Source: Nitrospira japonica (GTDB lineage Bacteria > Nitrospirota > Thermodesulfovibrionia > Thermodesulfovibrionales > SM23-35). Taken from it: a stretch of DNA of 45,823 nt. Position numbers and translations under genes: made by a program. The DNA is taken from the NCBI GenBank assembly GCA_020725385.1, contig DYFC01000018.1:1-45823 (forward strand), in the 5' to 3' direction. The notes under the pieces are model-generated. The model saw only the letters and a program-made list of their open reading frames with translations. It was not told the origin of the DNA and made no database searches. Below are positions 36,660-45,823 of the stretch, in pieces (positions within the stretch are counted from its first letter, which is position 1; each line of letters opens with the position of its first letter).

Positions 36660-37921
36660 TATTTAATTTTCCACCTATCCCAGTTTTTTAAAGGAACAAA
36701 TCTTCCATCCTGAAAAGTTGTATAATAAACTTTATCAATTCCCTGATGTTTATCCGGAGAAAAACTGACATTGACATCAATTCCTATGTCAAGATTCTTT
36801 ATACCTTCAACTACTTGTTTAATGTTTGATTTCACAATCTGTTTTCCCATTCTTTTTAATATCTCGACCAAAAGCTTGGCATTTAAAAAACCTTCAAAAC
36901 TTACAAAGCTATATCGTAAGGGTTTATAATTCTTATCGATCAAATTATCAGGTGGTATAGGATCATAAGCATCTATCAGGTCTCTATATTGACGAACAGC
37001 GCTAAGAGAGATGTCTTCATAACTCGGTACAACCTGAGAATTTATAAGGTTTTTAGTATAGGTTTTGCCGGTTTCCTGTTCTGCTTTCATGAGTAGATCA
37101 ATTAAAAATTCACTTCCAACAAAAGAAACATTTGCTATCGGCACATTCCAACCCGAGTCACGAGCATCCCTTATAAAAGCTGCACATGCTGCATAGGCAC
37201 CGACTGAGATAATAGCATCCGGATTACTTTTCCTTAGTATATCAACCTGGATTTTCATACTTTCATTGAACTTTGTACCTCTTTTATAAGTTGCTTCTCC
37301 GACTATATCGAGGCCATACTTTGCAAGAGTCAATTTTACACCGTTCCATCCACTTCTTCCATAAGCATCTGCTTGATAGAAAACAGCAATGCGTTTCCTG
37401 CCTATTTTGATAAAATTATTGACAAGTCCTTCGGTCTCCTGAAAATAAGATGCTCTGAAATTGAAGACATATTTATCATATGGTGGTTGTCTATGCGGTT
37501 CAGCGCCTGTAAAAGGAAAAAATAAATATATATTTCTGTTACTATAACTTTTTAGTAAAGGTAAAACCCTTGTTACTGTCGGAGTTCCAAGATAATCAAA
37601 TAAAAGAAAGACATTGTCTTTTTCGATAAGTTTTATCGTATTTTCAATCGCAGGAGTAGGGTTATAACCATCATCATAAGGAATGATGATTATTTTTTTA
37701 CCATTTATTCCTCCATTATCATTTATATAATTTATATATGCCATTGACCCTCGATAGAGTTCACTTCCAAGTCCTCCGGTAGGTCCTTTGAATGCAGCCG
37801 ACATTCCTATAAGGATTTCATTAGAATTTGCTTCTGCACTCGAAAAGATTAAAAAAATCCCGATTAAATGAACTAATAATTTAAAACTGAACCTGACAAC
37901 GTTTAACACCTTCACCTTCAT
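36659..37921 (-). CDS. Periplasmic ligand-binding protein, LivJ/branched-chain amino acid-type family
   Basis: Signal peptide ending AEA; IGMSAAFKGP; GGINGKKI..YDDGYNP; GTPT; FNFRASY; exact start uncertain. Confidence 0.85.
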   Translation of the reverse strand: MKVKVLNVVRFSFKLLVHLIGIFLIFSSAEANSNEILIGMSAAFKGPTGGLGSELYRGSMAYINYINDNGGINGKKIIIIPYDDGYNPTPAIENTIKLIEKDNVFLLFDYLGTPTVTRVLPLLKSYSNRNIYLFFPFTGAEPHRQPPYDKYVFNFRASYFQETEGLVNNFIKIGRKRIAVFYQADAYGRSGWNGVKLTLAKYGLDIVGEATYKRGTKFNESMKIQVDILRKSNPDAIISVGAYAACAAFIRDARDSGWNVPIANVSFVGSEFLIDLLMKAEQETGKTYTKNLINSQVVPSYEDISLSAVRQYRDLIDAYDPIPPDNLIDKNYKPLRYSFVSFEGFLNAKLLVEILKRMGKQIVKSNIKQVVEGIKNLDIGIDVNVSFSPDKHQGIDKVYYTTFQDGRFVPLKNWDRWKIK

Positions 37922-38105
37922 CTTTTATCCATAATAAAGTTTTATTATTTCGCCTGCACCAGTTTTTGACATCATTTTCAAATGTTGAGCAATCAGCAAT
38001 AACTTCAAGAATGTCATTCTTTTTTAGTTTTAAGGCTTTTATGGTCATCTGAATTGTGGGCTGCGGACACTTTAATCCCCTGGCATCAAGCAAAACAACG
38101 GACAA
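37881..38105 (-). CDS. tusA: TusA/SirA-family sulfur carrier protein
   Basis: LDARGLKCPQP (CPxP); LEVIADCSTFENDVKNWC; TTG start with AGGAGG SD. Confidence 0.85.
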   Translation of the reverse strand: MSVVLLDARGLKCPQPTIQMTIKALKLKKNDILEVIADCSTFENDVKNWCRRNNKTLLWIKDEGEGVKRCQVQF

Positions 38106-38285
38106 TTATTAACCTCCTGTTTTATATAAATGCAATGCCTACTTGCTGAAAAGAAATACTATTGAGTTATTTGGTTATTAAAAATTATAAATTTATATAT
38201 TTTAAAATTAAATCTGGTAATTATTTTAAAAAAAATTAGAGCAAATAATCAAATATTTCTTAAAATGGATGAGCCACAAGACCTG

Positions 38286-38404
38286 TTGCCTCATTTAAAA
38301 ATCTAAATGAAAAACCTTTCGGTTGCCTTAACTAAAATATATCTTTAGTCCTTTTTAATCCTTGTAATGTTTTACTGTTTCATTTAGATTTTTAAATGAG
38401 GCAA
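38286..38404. repeat. 119-bp element bounded by a perfect 27-bp inverted repeat (MITE-like or structured RNA)
   Basis: TTGCCTCATTTAAAAATCTAAATGAAA (38286-312) / TTTCATTTAGATTTTTAAATGAGGCAA (38378-404). Confidence 0.8.
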
Positions 38405-38493
38405 TGAATAAGTTTCAGTTAGATTTTTGATGTGGGGATTCGACTACTTTTCAAATTTTAGATTTTATTATATAATAATAAAAATCTGTTATA

Positions 38494-38876
38494 AATCAGA
38501 GCAGGTTGTGTGGCTGCTCCATAGTTTAAGAATACTTATGGAGAGGAAAGTCTGAGCTCTACAGGGCAAGGCGGTCGTTAATAGCGACTGGGGGTAACCC
38601 TAAGGAAAGTGCCACAGAAAGGGAAACCGCTTTGTTATAAACGAAGCAAGGGTGAAAAGGTGAGGTAAGAGCTCACCAGATGAGACGGTAACGACTCATG
38701 CTTGGTAAACCCCGCCTTGAGCAAGGTCAAATAGGTTCTGCTTTGAGAGGTGCCCCCTCGAATCCTGAATTCTACAGGAGGCAGAACGGGTTGTGACCGC
38801 AATAATCCTGCAGTAATGCCGGATATTAGATGAATAGCCACAATAACAGAACTCGGCTTATAAGCCTGCTCTGATT
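38494..38876 (+). ncRNA. rnpB: RNase P RNA (bacterial class A)
   Basis: GAGGAAAGTC.., GGAAAGTGCCACAGAAA, AGGGTGAAAAGGTGAGGTAAGAGCTCACC, GGTAAACCCC, GAGCAAG, ACAGAACTCGGCTTA; terminal helix AATCAGAGCAGG/CCTGCTCTGATT. Confidence 0.96.
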
Positions 38877-38898
38877 ATAAATTTAATTGGAGGTTTAG

Positions 38899-39807
38899 AT
38901 GGAAGATCATAAACTGAAAGTTTTCTGCACAGTAGCTGAAACAAAGAGCTTTTCAAAAACCTCGGAAATTATTCATTTAACGCAACCAGCGGTGAGTCTT
39001 CAGATACAAGCCCTTGAAGAAAGATATGAAACTAAATTGTTTGATAGATCTTCAAGTACAGTGACCCTCACACCTGCAGGCGAAGTTCTTTATAAATTTG
39101 CAAAAGAAATTCTTGCACTTTATGCAGCAGCCGAGAAAGCCATTAGTAAACAAATTGGACTTGTAAAAGGCAGTCTTACAATTGGCGCAGGTTCGAATAT
39201 AGGCAACTACATTTTACCCAGTGTTATAACTGATTTCAAGAATACCAATCCTAAAATAAAAATATACCTTTTAGTTGGTAATTCAAAACGTGTTATCGAA
39301 TTACTTAATTCCGGTAATATTGATATTGGTTTAGTTGAAGGTGATATTTCACGACAGAAAATGGTTGTTCGAAAACTTATTTCGGATGAGTTAATACTTA
39401 TAGTGCCTCCATCACATCCATGGGCGAAAAGAAAAGATGTGTCAATCTCAGAAATTGTGAGGGAACCTTTTATATTCAGGGAGGCTGGTTCAGGAACGAG
39501 ACAGATGATTGAGAAATATCTTGCAAGACATGGTATTACCCCGCATGACATGAAAATAAGCACTGTTCTTGGAAGTACTGAGGCTATTAAAGACGCTGTT
39601 GAAAATGGTCTTGGTGTCTCAATAATATCAAGATGGGCTGTGCGGAAAGAAAGTAAATACGGCACATTAAAAGCACTTAATATAAAAGAAGAAAAAATGG
39701 TGAGGGACTTTTCCCTTGTAATCAACAAAAACTCGGTTTCTTCAAATTCACTCGAAGAGTTTCTTGCTTTTCTCAAGGCGTATCCATTCGATAAATTACT
39801 CCAGTAG
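38899..39807 (+). CDS. LysR-family transcriptional regulator (CysL/YeiE-like)
   Basis: SFSKTSEIIHLTQPAVSLQIQALE; GNYILP; REAGSGTR; GSTEAIKDAVENGLG. Confidence 0.9.
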   Translation: MEDHKLKVFCTVAETKSFSKTSEIIHLTQPAVSLQIQALEERYETKLFDRSSSTVTLTPAGEVLYKFAKEILALYAAAEKAISKQIGLVKGSLTIGAGSNIGNYILPSVITDFKNTNPKIKIYLLVGNSKRVIELLNSGNIDIGLVEGDISRQKMVVRKLISDELILIVPPSHPWAKRKDVSISEIVREPFIFREAGSGTRQMIEKYLARHGITPHDMKISTVLGSTEAIKDAVENGLGVSIISRWAVRKESKYGTLKALNIKEEKMVRDFSLVINKNSVSSNSLEEFLAFLKAYPFDKLLQ

Positions 39808-39864
39808 AACTGCAAATGTGCTTTCAACTAAACATACCCCAGAGAATTAGATGTTGCGTGTAAT

Positions 39865-41463
39865 TTATTTATCGAAAACCCTATAGTCTATTTCCCCGAA
39901 TATATTGTCTCTATATTCAATATTTTCAAGCCATGAAATATTAATATTGCCTGAGATTAAATCGTTATAAAGTCTGTTGAATCGATAAATATGTTCACGA
40001 AGGCGTTTCTCTGCATATTCTTTAGCGTTACCGGTTTTAATTAGAAATGTCCAGTCACTATGTTGAGATAATAATAGTTCTCTTGCTGCCTGATTTATAA
40101 CTCTTCTTTTGATACCTGTTGCTTTCGGATATTTATTAACAAGATATAGCATTCTCTCTGCAGTTTTTATAAGATGTCTGCAAACATAATCATTAGAATC
40201 ATTTACCCATACATTACTAAAACCTTTTTCACCCCAGCTTGACATTGATGGTTCACATGAAAAATTTATTTTATCGCGATATTCGGAAGAATATTCATAA
40301 GTTGTCATCATTCTGAAACAATAATTCCCTTTATCAATCAATCGTATAACAAATTCGAGCCACATTGGACCTTCAAACCACCAGTGTCCCATAAGTTCAG
40401 CGTCATAAGCAGCAGTAACAACCGGTTTAATTTTAAATTCATTGAAAAGACAATCAATTTGTTTATTTCTTTGTAAAACAAAATGCCTGGCATGTTCGGC
40501 AGCTTTCAATATAGCTTTAGTAATGTTATAAGGTTCTTTTTTTTCCGACCCTGTGACTCTGTAGTATTTTATTCCTGTAAATGTTTTTACTCCGAAAGGT
40601 CTTAAAAATGCTTTGATATAATTATTATCAATGTCATATCCAATATCTCTATAAAAATCTCTGTAATCATGATCTCCGGGATACCCACCAATTGAAGACC
40701 ATACCTGTTTGGAAGTTTCTTCATCACGGCCAAAAGCTATAATTCCTGATGGGCACTTAACAGGAGAATAAACTTTAAAAATAGGAGATGGCTTGGCATT
40801 TAAAATTCCGGATGAATCAAGATAGAAAAATTCTAACCCCTGTTCAGAGATATAATGATCATATCCCGGCATAAAACCACATTCAGGAATCCAGATACCT
40901 TTGGGTCTCTTACCGAATATTTTCGTAAAATGTTTTACACCGATTTCTAACTGTGCCCTAACTATTTGTGGAATACCTGAAAAAATTGGTAAAAAAGCAT
41001 GTGTAGCGGCAGAAGAAATTATATGAACCTTTCCGGTTTCACTAATTCTTTTAAAACAGCCGGTAATGTCTTTTTTAAAAGTATCACAGTATAGGTTATA
41101 AATTCTTTTAAACTTTTTGTGATACATGCGCGATAGAATATTAAAACTTTCATCATTACGTGTACGATAAATTTCCATTTCTGATAGTTCTATAAGTCTT
41201 TCAAGATGTCTGATATACCTTGTTTTAAGTAAAGAATTATTTAGCATTTCTATTAAAGTCGGACTTAGAGACATTGTTATACCAAATTTAATCCCGTCAT
41301 TAAATAGCCTGTAAAACATCTCAAGAAGAGGTATATAAGTTTCTGTAAGAGCTTCATAAAACCAGTTTTCTTCAAGAAAATAATCATATTCAGGGTGAAA
41401 AACATAAGGAAGGTGAGCGTGCAAGACCATACAGAGAAATCCTTTATTTGCACTTGGGGTCAT
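39865..41463 (-). CDS. GH57 1,4-alpha-glucan branching enzyme (DUF1957-containing)
   Basis: VLHAHLPYV; ETYIPLL; GIWIPECG; YDAELMGHWWFEG; QHSDWTF; start moved to ATG 41463. Confidence 0.9.
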   Translation of the reverse strand: MTPSANKGFLCMVLHAHLPYVFHPEYDYFLEENWFYEALTETYIPLLEMFYRLFNDGIKFGITMSLSPTLIEMLNNSLLKTRYIRHLERLIELSEMEIYRTRNDESFNILSRMYHKKFKRIYNLYCDTFKKDITGCFKRISETGKVHIISSAATHAFLPIFSGIPQIVRAQLEIGVKHFTKIFGKRPKGIWIPECGFMPGYDHYISEQGLEFFYLDSSGILNAKPSPIFKVYSPVKCPSGIIAFGRDEETSKQVWSSIGGYPGDHDYRDFYRDIGYDIDNNYIKAFLRPFGVKTFTGIKYYRVTGSEKKEPYNITKAILKAAEHARHFVLQRNKQIDCLFNEFKIKPVVTAAYDAELMGHWWFEGPMWLEFVIRLIDKGNYCFRMMTTYEYSSEYRDKINFSCEPSMSSWGEKGFSNVWVNDSNDYVCRHLIKTAERMLYLVNKYPKATGIKRRVINQAARELLLSQHSDWTFLIKTGNAKEYAEKRLREHIYRFNRLYNDLISGNINISWLENIEYRDNIFGEIDYRVFDK

Positions 41464-41465
41464 TT

Positions 41466-42548
41466 TTACTCTGGAACTTTTAAAAATAAATACGCTGAAA
41501 TAATCCCAAATAAACAGGGCATAATACAAGCTGCAATAACAGGGTTTAAAACCTGAGCATATCCCATTGAAAGCATAAAAGTATGAGAAAGCCAGTAAAT
41601 AAAACTGATAAATATTCCAAGTCCTGTAGCAAAAAGTCCGCCGCCTGTTCTTTTGCCGGATACTGACAGGGAAATGCCTAAAACAATCATAAAAAGATTC
41701 GTCAAAGGATAGGATATTTTTCTATAAAAGTCAACAACAAGCTTTTGATCCCGAAACCCGGCAGAGTTAATTTTTTTTATATATAGTTTAAGATCATAAA
41801 TTCCCATATCTTCAGGATTTTTTATACTTGTTGTAAAAAGGTCGGGTGATTCGATACCGGAATAATATATTTCATCATATTTTTTCACTGAACCGGTCTG
41901 AATATCATATTCAATAGCATTATAAAGTATCCACACACCGCTTTTGTCATTTTTCTTTTCCCAGAATGCTTTATCTGCCTCGATTCTTTTTTTCAACCGG
42001 GTATCTTCAAGGATAAAAATACTCAATCCCTTTACCAGTTTTTGATCTGGAATATATAAATCTATTCTCGATAGTGAGTTTTCGGAAGATTTCATCCATA
42101 TCGCATCTTTTTTTATGGTAACCTTTCCGGATTTCTTCATATAGTTCTTTTTAAAATCCAGTAGATAATCGGAAAACTCCGGCACAACGATTTCTCCAAT
42201 AATAAATCCTGCGATACTGAATAAAATACCACCGGTTATAAATGGATAAAATAGCGTTTTCATTCTACCGCTAACTGCTTTAAAAGCGATAATTTCTTTA
42301 TTGCGCGAAGCCTGACTAAAAATAAAGAGGCTGCATATTAATAGAGACATTGGAAGCAGATAGTACAAAATTCTTGGCAGAATTAATATTGTATATTGAA
42401 AGATACTGAAAATGGTTATTTTCCCGGGCAGAAAATCGTCAACCTTGTCAATAATCTCAAGCAAGCTTATGATGAATGCAAGTCCTGGAGCAATGATAAG
42501 CCATATTTTGATAAATTCATTTATGTAATACCTGTAAATAATTTTCAC
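41466..42548 (-). CDS. lptG: LPS export ABC transporter permease LptG
   Basis: Multi-TM YjgP/YjgQ architecture; SRNKEIIAFKA; KISYP; second gene of a tandem pair. Confidence 0.8.
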   Translation of the reverse strand: MKIIYRYYINEFIKIWLIIAPGLAFIISLLEIIDKVDDFLPGKITIFSIFQYTILILPRILYYLLPMSLLICSLFIFSQASRNKEIIAFKAVSGRMKTLFYPFITGGILFSIAGFIIGEIVVPEFSDYLLDFKKNYMKKSGKVTIKKDAIWMKSSENSLSRIDLYIPDQKLVKGLSIFILEDTRLKKRIEADKAFWEKKNDKSGVWILYNAIEYDIQTGSVKKYDEIYYSGIESPDLFTTSIKNPEDMGIYDLKLYIKKINSAGFRDQKLVVDFYRKISYPLTNLFMIVLGISLSVSGKRTGGGLFATGLGIFISFIYWLSHTFMLSMGYAQVLNPVIAACIMPCLFGIISAYLFLKVPE

Positions 42549-43612
42549 TTTGATGATTCTCTTTTAAATAACAATATGGCAAAAATCCCAATAATTATTG
42601 TTGACGCCCACGCTCCAATATAATGAGGTATTTTGCCTGCCCTTACGAGATTTTCACCATAAACAAGTAAGATATAATAAAATGTAAATGTTGCCAGACC
42701 GACAGTCAACCCACCGAGTCTGCCTGACTTGCCGGATATTAATGATAAAGGAGGAGCAAGAAAGGCAATAACGATACATAATATAGGTAGGGAAAAACGC
42801 CGGTATAGGTCAAGATAAATAAATTTTGCGTTATAAGTATCAGATTGTTTTATTTTATCGATAAATTCCGGGGGTTTCATTTCGGAACTTTTACGTGAAG
42901 GAGCCTCGGCTTCGGGTTCGAGAATCATGTTGTATTTATTAAAATATATTTCGGTTGTTTGTTCTTTTTTCGCAATATGTATATAACCATTGTTTAAATT
43001 CAACATAATAGAAAAACCTTCACCTGCCGAGATAGTTCCCTTCTCGGCAGTTAATACCTTTGGTTCATCTTTCGTTCTGTTATCATAAATGAAAATACCT
43101 TTTATTGTGTTGTTATTTGTTTTTTCTTTAACATAAATAACCATATCTTTAAAGAGATTATTAAAATTACCTTCTTCAATTGCAGAAGGGGTTCTTTCTC
43201 TAACTATTCCTGTAATTTCTTCTCTTAATTTTCTGCTACTTTCCGGTCCGATATAGTATCCTATAGAAAGATTCATTATAAAACAAAAAATGCCTGATAT
43301 AATAACAGGATAAGATATCTGAAAAAATTTTAAACCGCTCATTCTCAAAATGATAAGTTCGTTGTCAAAATTCATCCTGCCATAAACAATTAGCGAAGAA
43401 AGCAATAAGGCCATAGGTATTGTTATAAGAAATAGCTGAGGTTGAAGATAAAGAATAATTTTAATCATATCCAGGATTGAACTTCCGACTCCTGAGAGAA
43501 ATCTGCTTAATTTGAGAAGCTTCTCCATCATTAAAATAAAGTTTAAAGAGGCAAGACATAATAAAAACGTAATAATTAATTCATTGAGTATAGATTTATA
43601 TATTGTATTCAT
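42545..43612 (-). CDS. lptF: LPS export ABC transporter permease LptF
   Basis: GRMNFDNELIILRMSG; IEEGNFN; RRFSLP; first gene of the pair. Confidence 0.82.
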   Translation of the reverse strand: MNTIYKSILNELIITFLLCLASLNFILMMEKLLKLSRFLSGVGSSILDMIKIILYLQPQLFLITIPMALLLSSLIVYGRMNFDNELIILRMSGLKFFQISYPVIISGIFCFIMNLSIGYYIGPESSRKLREEITGIVRERTPSAIEEGNFNNLFKDMVIYVKEKTNNNTIKGIFIYDNRTKDEPKVLTAEKGTISAGEGFSIMLNLNNGYIHIAKKEQTTEIYFNKYNMILEPEAEAPSRKSSEMKPPEFIDKIKQSDTYNAKFIYLDLYRRFSLPILCIVIAFLAPPLSLISGKSGRLGGLTVGLATFTFYYILLVYGENLVRAGKIPHYIGAWASTIIIGIFAILLFKRESSK

Positions 43613-43837
43613 TATATTAAGTCTGTAAAATTCATATTCATTATTATTAAGAGTATTATTTTACCATATTAAAACTCTCGAGGATTTCATTATTCTTATT
43701 TTTGCAATTTAAATACCCCAAGTTCTTATAAGTTCACTATAATGACCACGATTATAATCGCGTTTTTTTGACATTAATCATGTATTTTTAAAGAACTTAA
43801 TTTATGGAAATGTATTATTATAATATTGGTTAGATTT

Positions 43838-44905
43838 ATGTCCAGAAATACAAAAAAATATTCAAAGAAAGCAGGACTCCCTCCGGGAACATTGGTTCAT
43901 ATCGGGGAGAAAAAAACAGGGGATATTTGTGTTAACCTTATAGAATATAATGAAGCTTTTTTCAATGAGATTAAAATAGATAATATACAGCAATACATTC
44001 CTTCATCTGATGAATCAATTATTAGCTGGCTTAATATAGATGGTGTGCATAACATAGAAACAATTGAGAAATTAGGTGAATTATTTAATCTTCATCCGCT
44101 TACACTTGAAGATATTGTAAATACAGGTCAAATGCCAAAGATGGAGGAATATGATAATTATACTTTTATTGTTTTGAAAATGCTTTATTACAATGATAGT
44201 AGCAAATCTGTGGAGGTTGAACAGATAAGCATTTGTCTTGGAAATAATTTTGTGCTGACATTTCAGGAAGAAAAAGAAAGAGACGCTTTTAAATATGTTA
44301 AAGAGAGACTCCGTCTATCCAAGGGCAGGCTAAGAAAAATGGGACCGGATTATCTTGTATATTCAATAATAGATTCTGTCGTTGATAGTTACTTTCTTAT
44401 ACTTGAAAAAATTGGAGAGAAGATAGAATTACTTGAAGAACAGGTGCTTGATGAACCTTCTGAACAGGTTCTTCATCAGATACATGTTCTTAAAAGAGAA
44501 ATGATATTTCTTCGTAAGTCAATCTGGCCGTTGAGAGATGTTATAAGCACAATTGAAAAAGGAGGCTCGGATTTTATACATGATTCCATTCATATATATT
44601 TCAGGGATGTTTATGACCATACAATCAGAATAATCGAAACTATTGAGACTTATCGGGACATTCTCTCGGGGATTCTTGATATTTATCTTTCAAGCATTAG
44701 TAATAAAATAAATGCTGTTATGAAAGTATTGACTATAATAGCGACTATTTTTATGCCCCTTACATTTCTTGCAGGAATTTATGGAATGAATTTTGAATAT
44801 ATGCCTGAATTAAAATGGCGATGGGGCTATCCACTAATTCTTGGCATAATGCTTTTCATTGGCATAACAATGGTTATATATTTCAAAAAGAAGGATTGGT
44901 TATAA
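43838..44905 (+). CDS. corA: Magnesium/cobalt transporter CorA
   Basis: KAGLPPGTLVHIGE; LHPLTLEDI; AGIYGMNF..MPEL. Confidence 0.96.
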   Translation: MSRNTKKYSKKAGLPPGTLVHIGEKKTGDICVNLIEYNEAFFNEIKIDNIQQYIPSSDESIISWLNIDGVHNIETIEKLGELFNLHPLTLEDIVNTGQMPKMEEYDNYTFIVLKMLYYNDSSKSVEVEQISICLGNNFVLTFQEEKERDAFKYVKERLRLSKGRLRKMGPDYLVYSIIDSVVDSYFLILEKIGEKIELLEEQVLDEPSEQVLHQIHVLKREMIFLRKSIWPLRDVISTIEKGGSDFIHDSIHIYFRDVYDHTIRIIETIETYRDILSGILDIYLSSISNKINAVMKVLTIIATIFMPLTFLAGIYGMNFEYMPELKWRWGYPLILGIMLFIGITMVIYFKKKDWL

Positions 44906-45003
44906 TTCAATAAAATTTGTTAAAAGACTTTATAAATAGATTCTCTTATAAATAATTCTCTGACCATTTTGTCTTTTTTAGGTTATAATTTAAATAAGTC
45001 ATT

Positions 45004-45823
45004 ATGGAAAAGAAAACAAAATTTACTATAATTTATTTCCTTATTGCTCTTACCGCAATCATAATTCTTGAGAATTATCTTCTTAGTAAAGAAATTACAA
45101 CTATTACTTACAGTGAATTTAAGACTCTTGTAAAAGATGGTTTAATTAATGATTTGGTTATAACTCAAACTGCTATCGAGGGTAAATTTGTAAAAGGCGC
45201 TCTTGAAAGACTTGAAACACTTCGTAAAGGAAAAGATCAAACTATACAGTCTTTAAAGGAAACTCAAATCTTCTATGTTGTCAGAATGGATGACCCTGAT
45301 CTTGTTAAAGAACTTACTGAAAAAGGTATAACTTTTACGGCCAAACAGGAAATAACCTGGTTTAAGACTTTGCTTTCATGGATATTACCCATGCTGATAT
45401 TCATAGCAATCTGGGGTTATCTTTTAAAGAAAATAGGCTCACCGGGTGGTGGTGGATTTATGGCTGTAGGGAAAAGCAAAGCCAAAGTATATGTTGAAGG
45501 CGAGACAAAAATTACTTTTGAAGATGTTGCAGGTGTGGAAGAGGCTGAGGAGGAATTAAAAGAAGTTATAGAGTTTTTGAAAAACCCTCAAAAGTTTCAG
45601 AGTCTCGGCGGTAAGATTCCCAAAGGAATTTTGCTTGTTGGCCCTCCAGGTACTGGGAAAACTTTATTAGCAAGGGCAGTTGCAGGAGAGGCAAAGGTTG
45701 CGTTTTTAAGTATCAGTGGCTCTGATTTTGTGGAGATGTTTGTTGGAGTTGGGGCTGCAAGGGTAAGGGATCTTTTTGCACAGGCCGAGAAACTTGCACC
45801 ATGTATAATTTTTATTGATGAAA
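45004..45823 (+). CDS. ftsH: ATP-dependent zinc metalloprotease FtsH (3'-truncated by the window edge)
   Basis: Hand translation: two TM segments; GKSKAK; TFEDVAG; [18 protein letters not shown]; [19 protein letters not shown]; IIFIDE. Confidence 0.95.
   Translation, partial: MEKKTKFTIIYFLIALTAIIILENYLLSKEITTITYSEFKTLVKDGLINDLVITQTAIEGKFVKGALERLETLRKGKDQTIQSLKETQIFYVVRMDDPDLVKELTEKGITFTAKQEITWFKTLLSWILPMLIFIAIWGYLLKKIGSPGGGGFMAVGKSKAKVYVEGETKITFEDVAGVEEAEEELKEVIEFLKNPQKFQSLGGKIPKGILLVGPPGTGKTLLARAVAGEAKVAFLSISGSDFVEMFVGVGAARVRDLFAQAEKLAPCIIFIDE

Noticed and set aside
38286-38447. CRISPR array or tracrRNA interpretation of the GAAAC-ending repeats
   Set aside because: Only two same-orientation copies with almost no spacer, one inverted copy, and no cas genes in the window.
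39207-39827. 206-aa minus-strand ORF
   Set aside because: Antisense shadow of the LysR gene with no recognisable domain.
43613-43837. Mg-sensing riboswitch upstream of corA
   Set aside because: Very AT-rich with no M-box-like structure; only a short CGATTATAATCG palindrome and a TTGACA lacking a well-spaced -10.

Overview
AT-rich (roughly one-third GC by eye), gene-dense core chromosome of an anaerobic diderm bacterium. Gene content (lptFG, scpAB, ppdK, GH57 branching enzyme, Fe-S hub, MoeA-PBP fusion) suggests Nitrospirota/Thermodesulfovibrionia or a Desulfobacterota-like lineage (inference). The window holds about 37 CDS, an initiator tRNA-Met and the RNase P RNA. I found no transposase, integrase, prophage or CRISPR array. 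The most unusual locus is 1-3722: the 3' end of a NuoF/HydB-type flavoprotein fused to a tandem CBS pair that has its own internal AAGGAGG-ATG start, then a flavin-less stand-alone copy of the HydB C-terminal Fe-S arm, then a NuoG/Fdh-like Fe-S subunit lacking a catalytic Mo ligand. This may be an adenylate-regulated electron-bifurcating-type hub. Other points of interest: a galT-glgA-kinase-receiver-moeA operon, split scpA/scpB, att-like signals after the tRNA, a cluster of three exported redoxins, a tusA-SBP-kinase-receiver operon, a perfect 27-bp inverted-repeat element before rnpB, and nested palindromes between pnp and an M16 peptidase.
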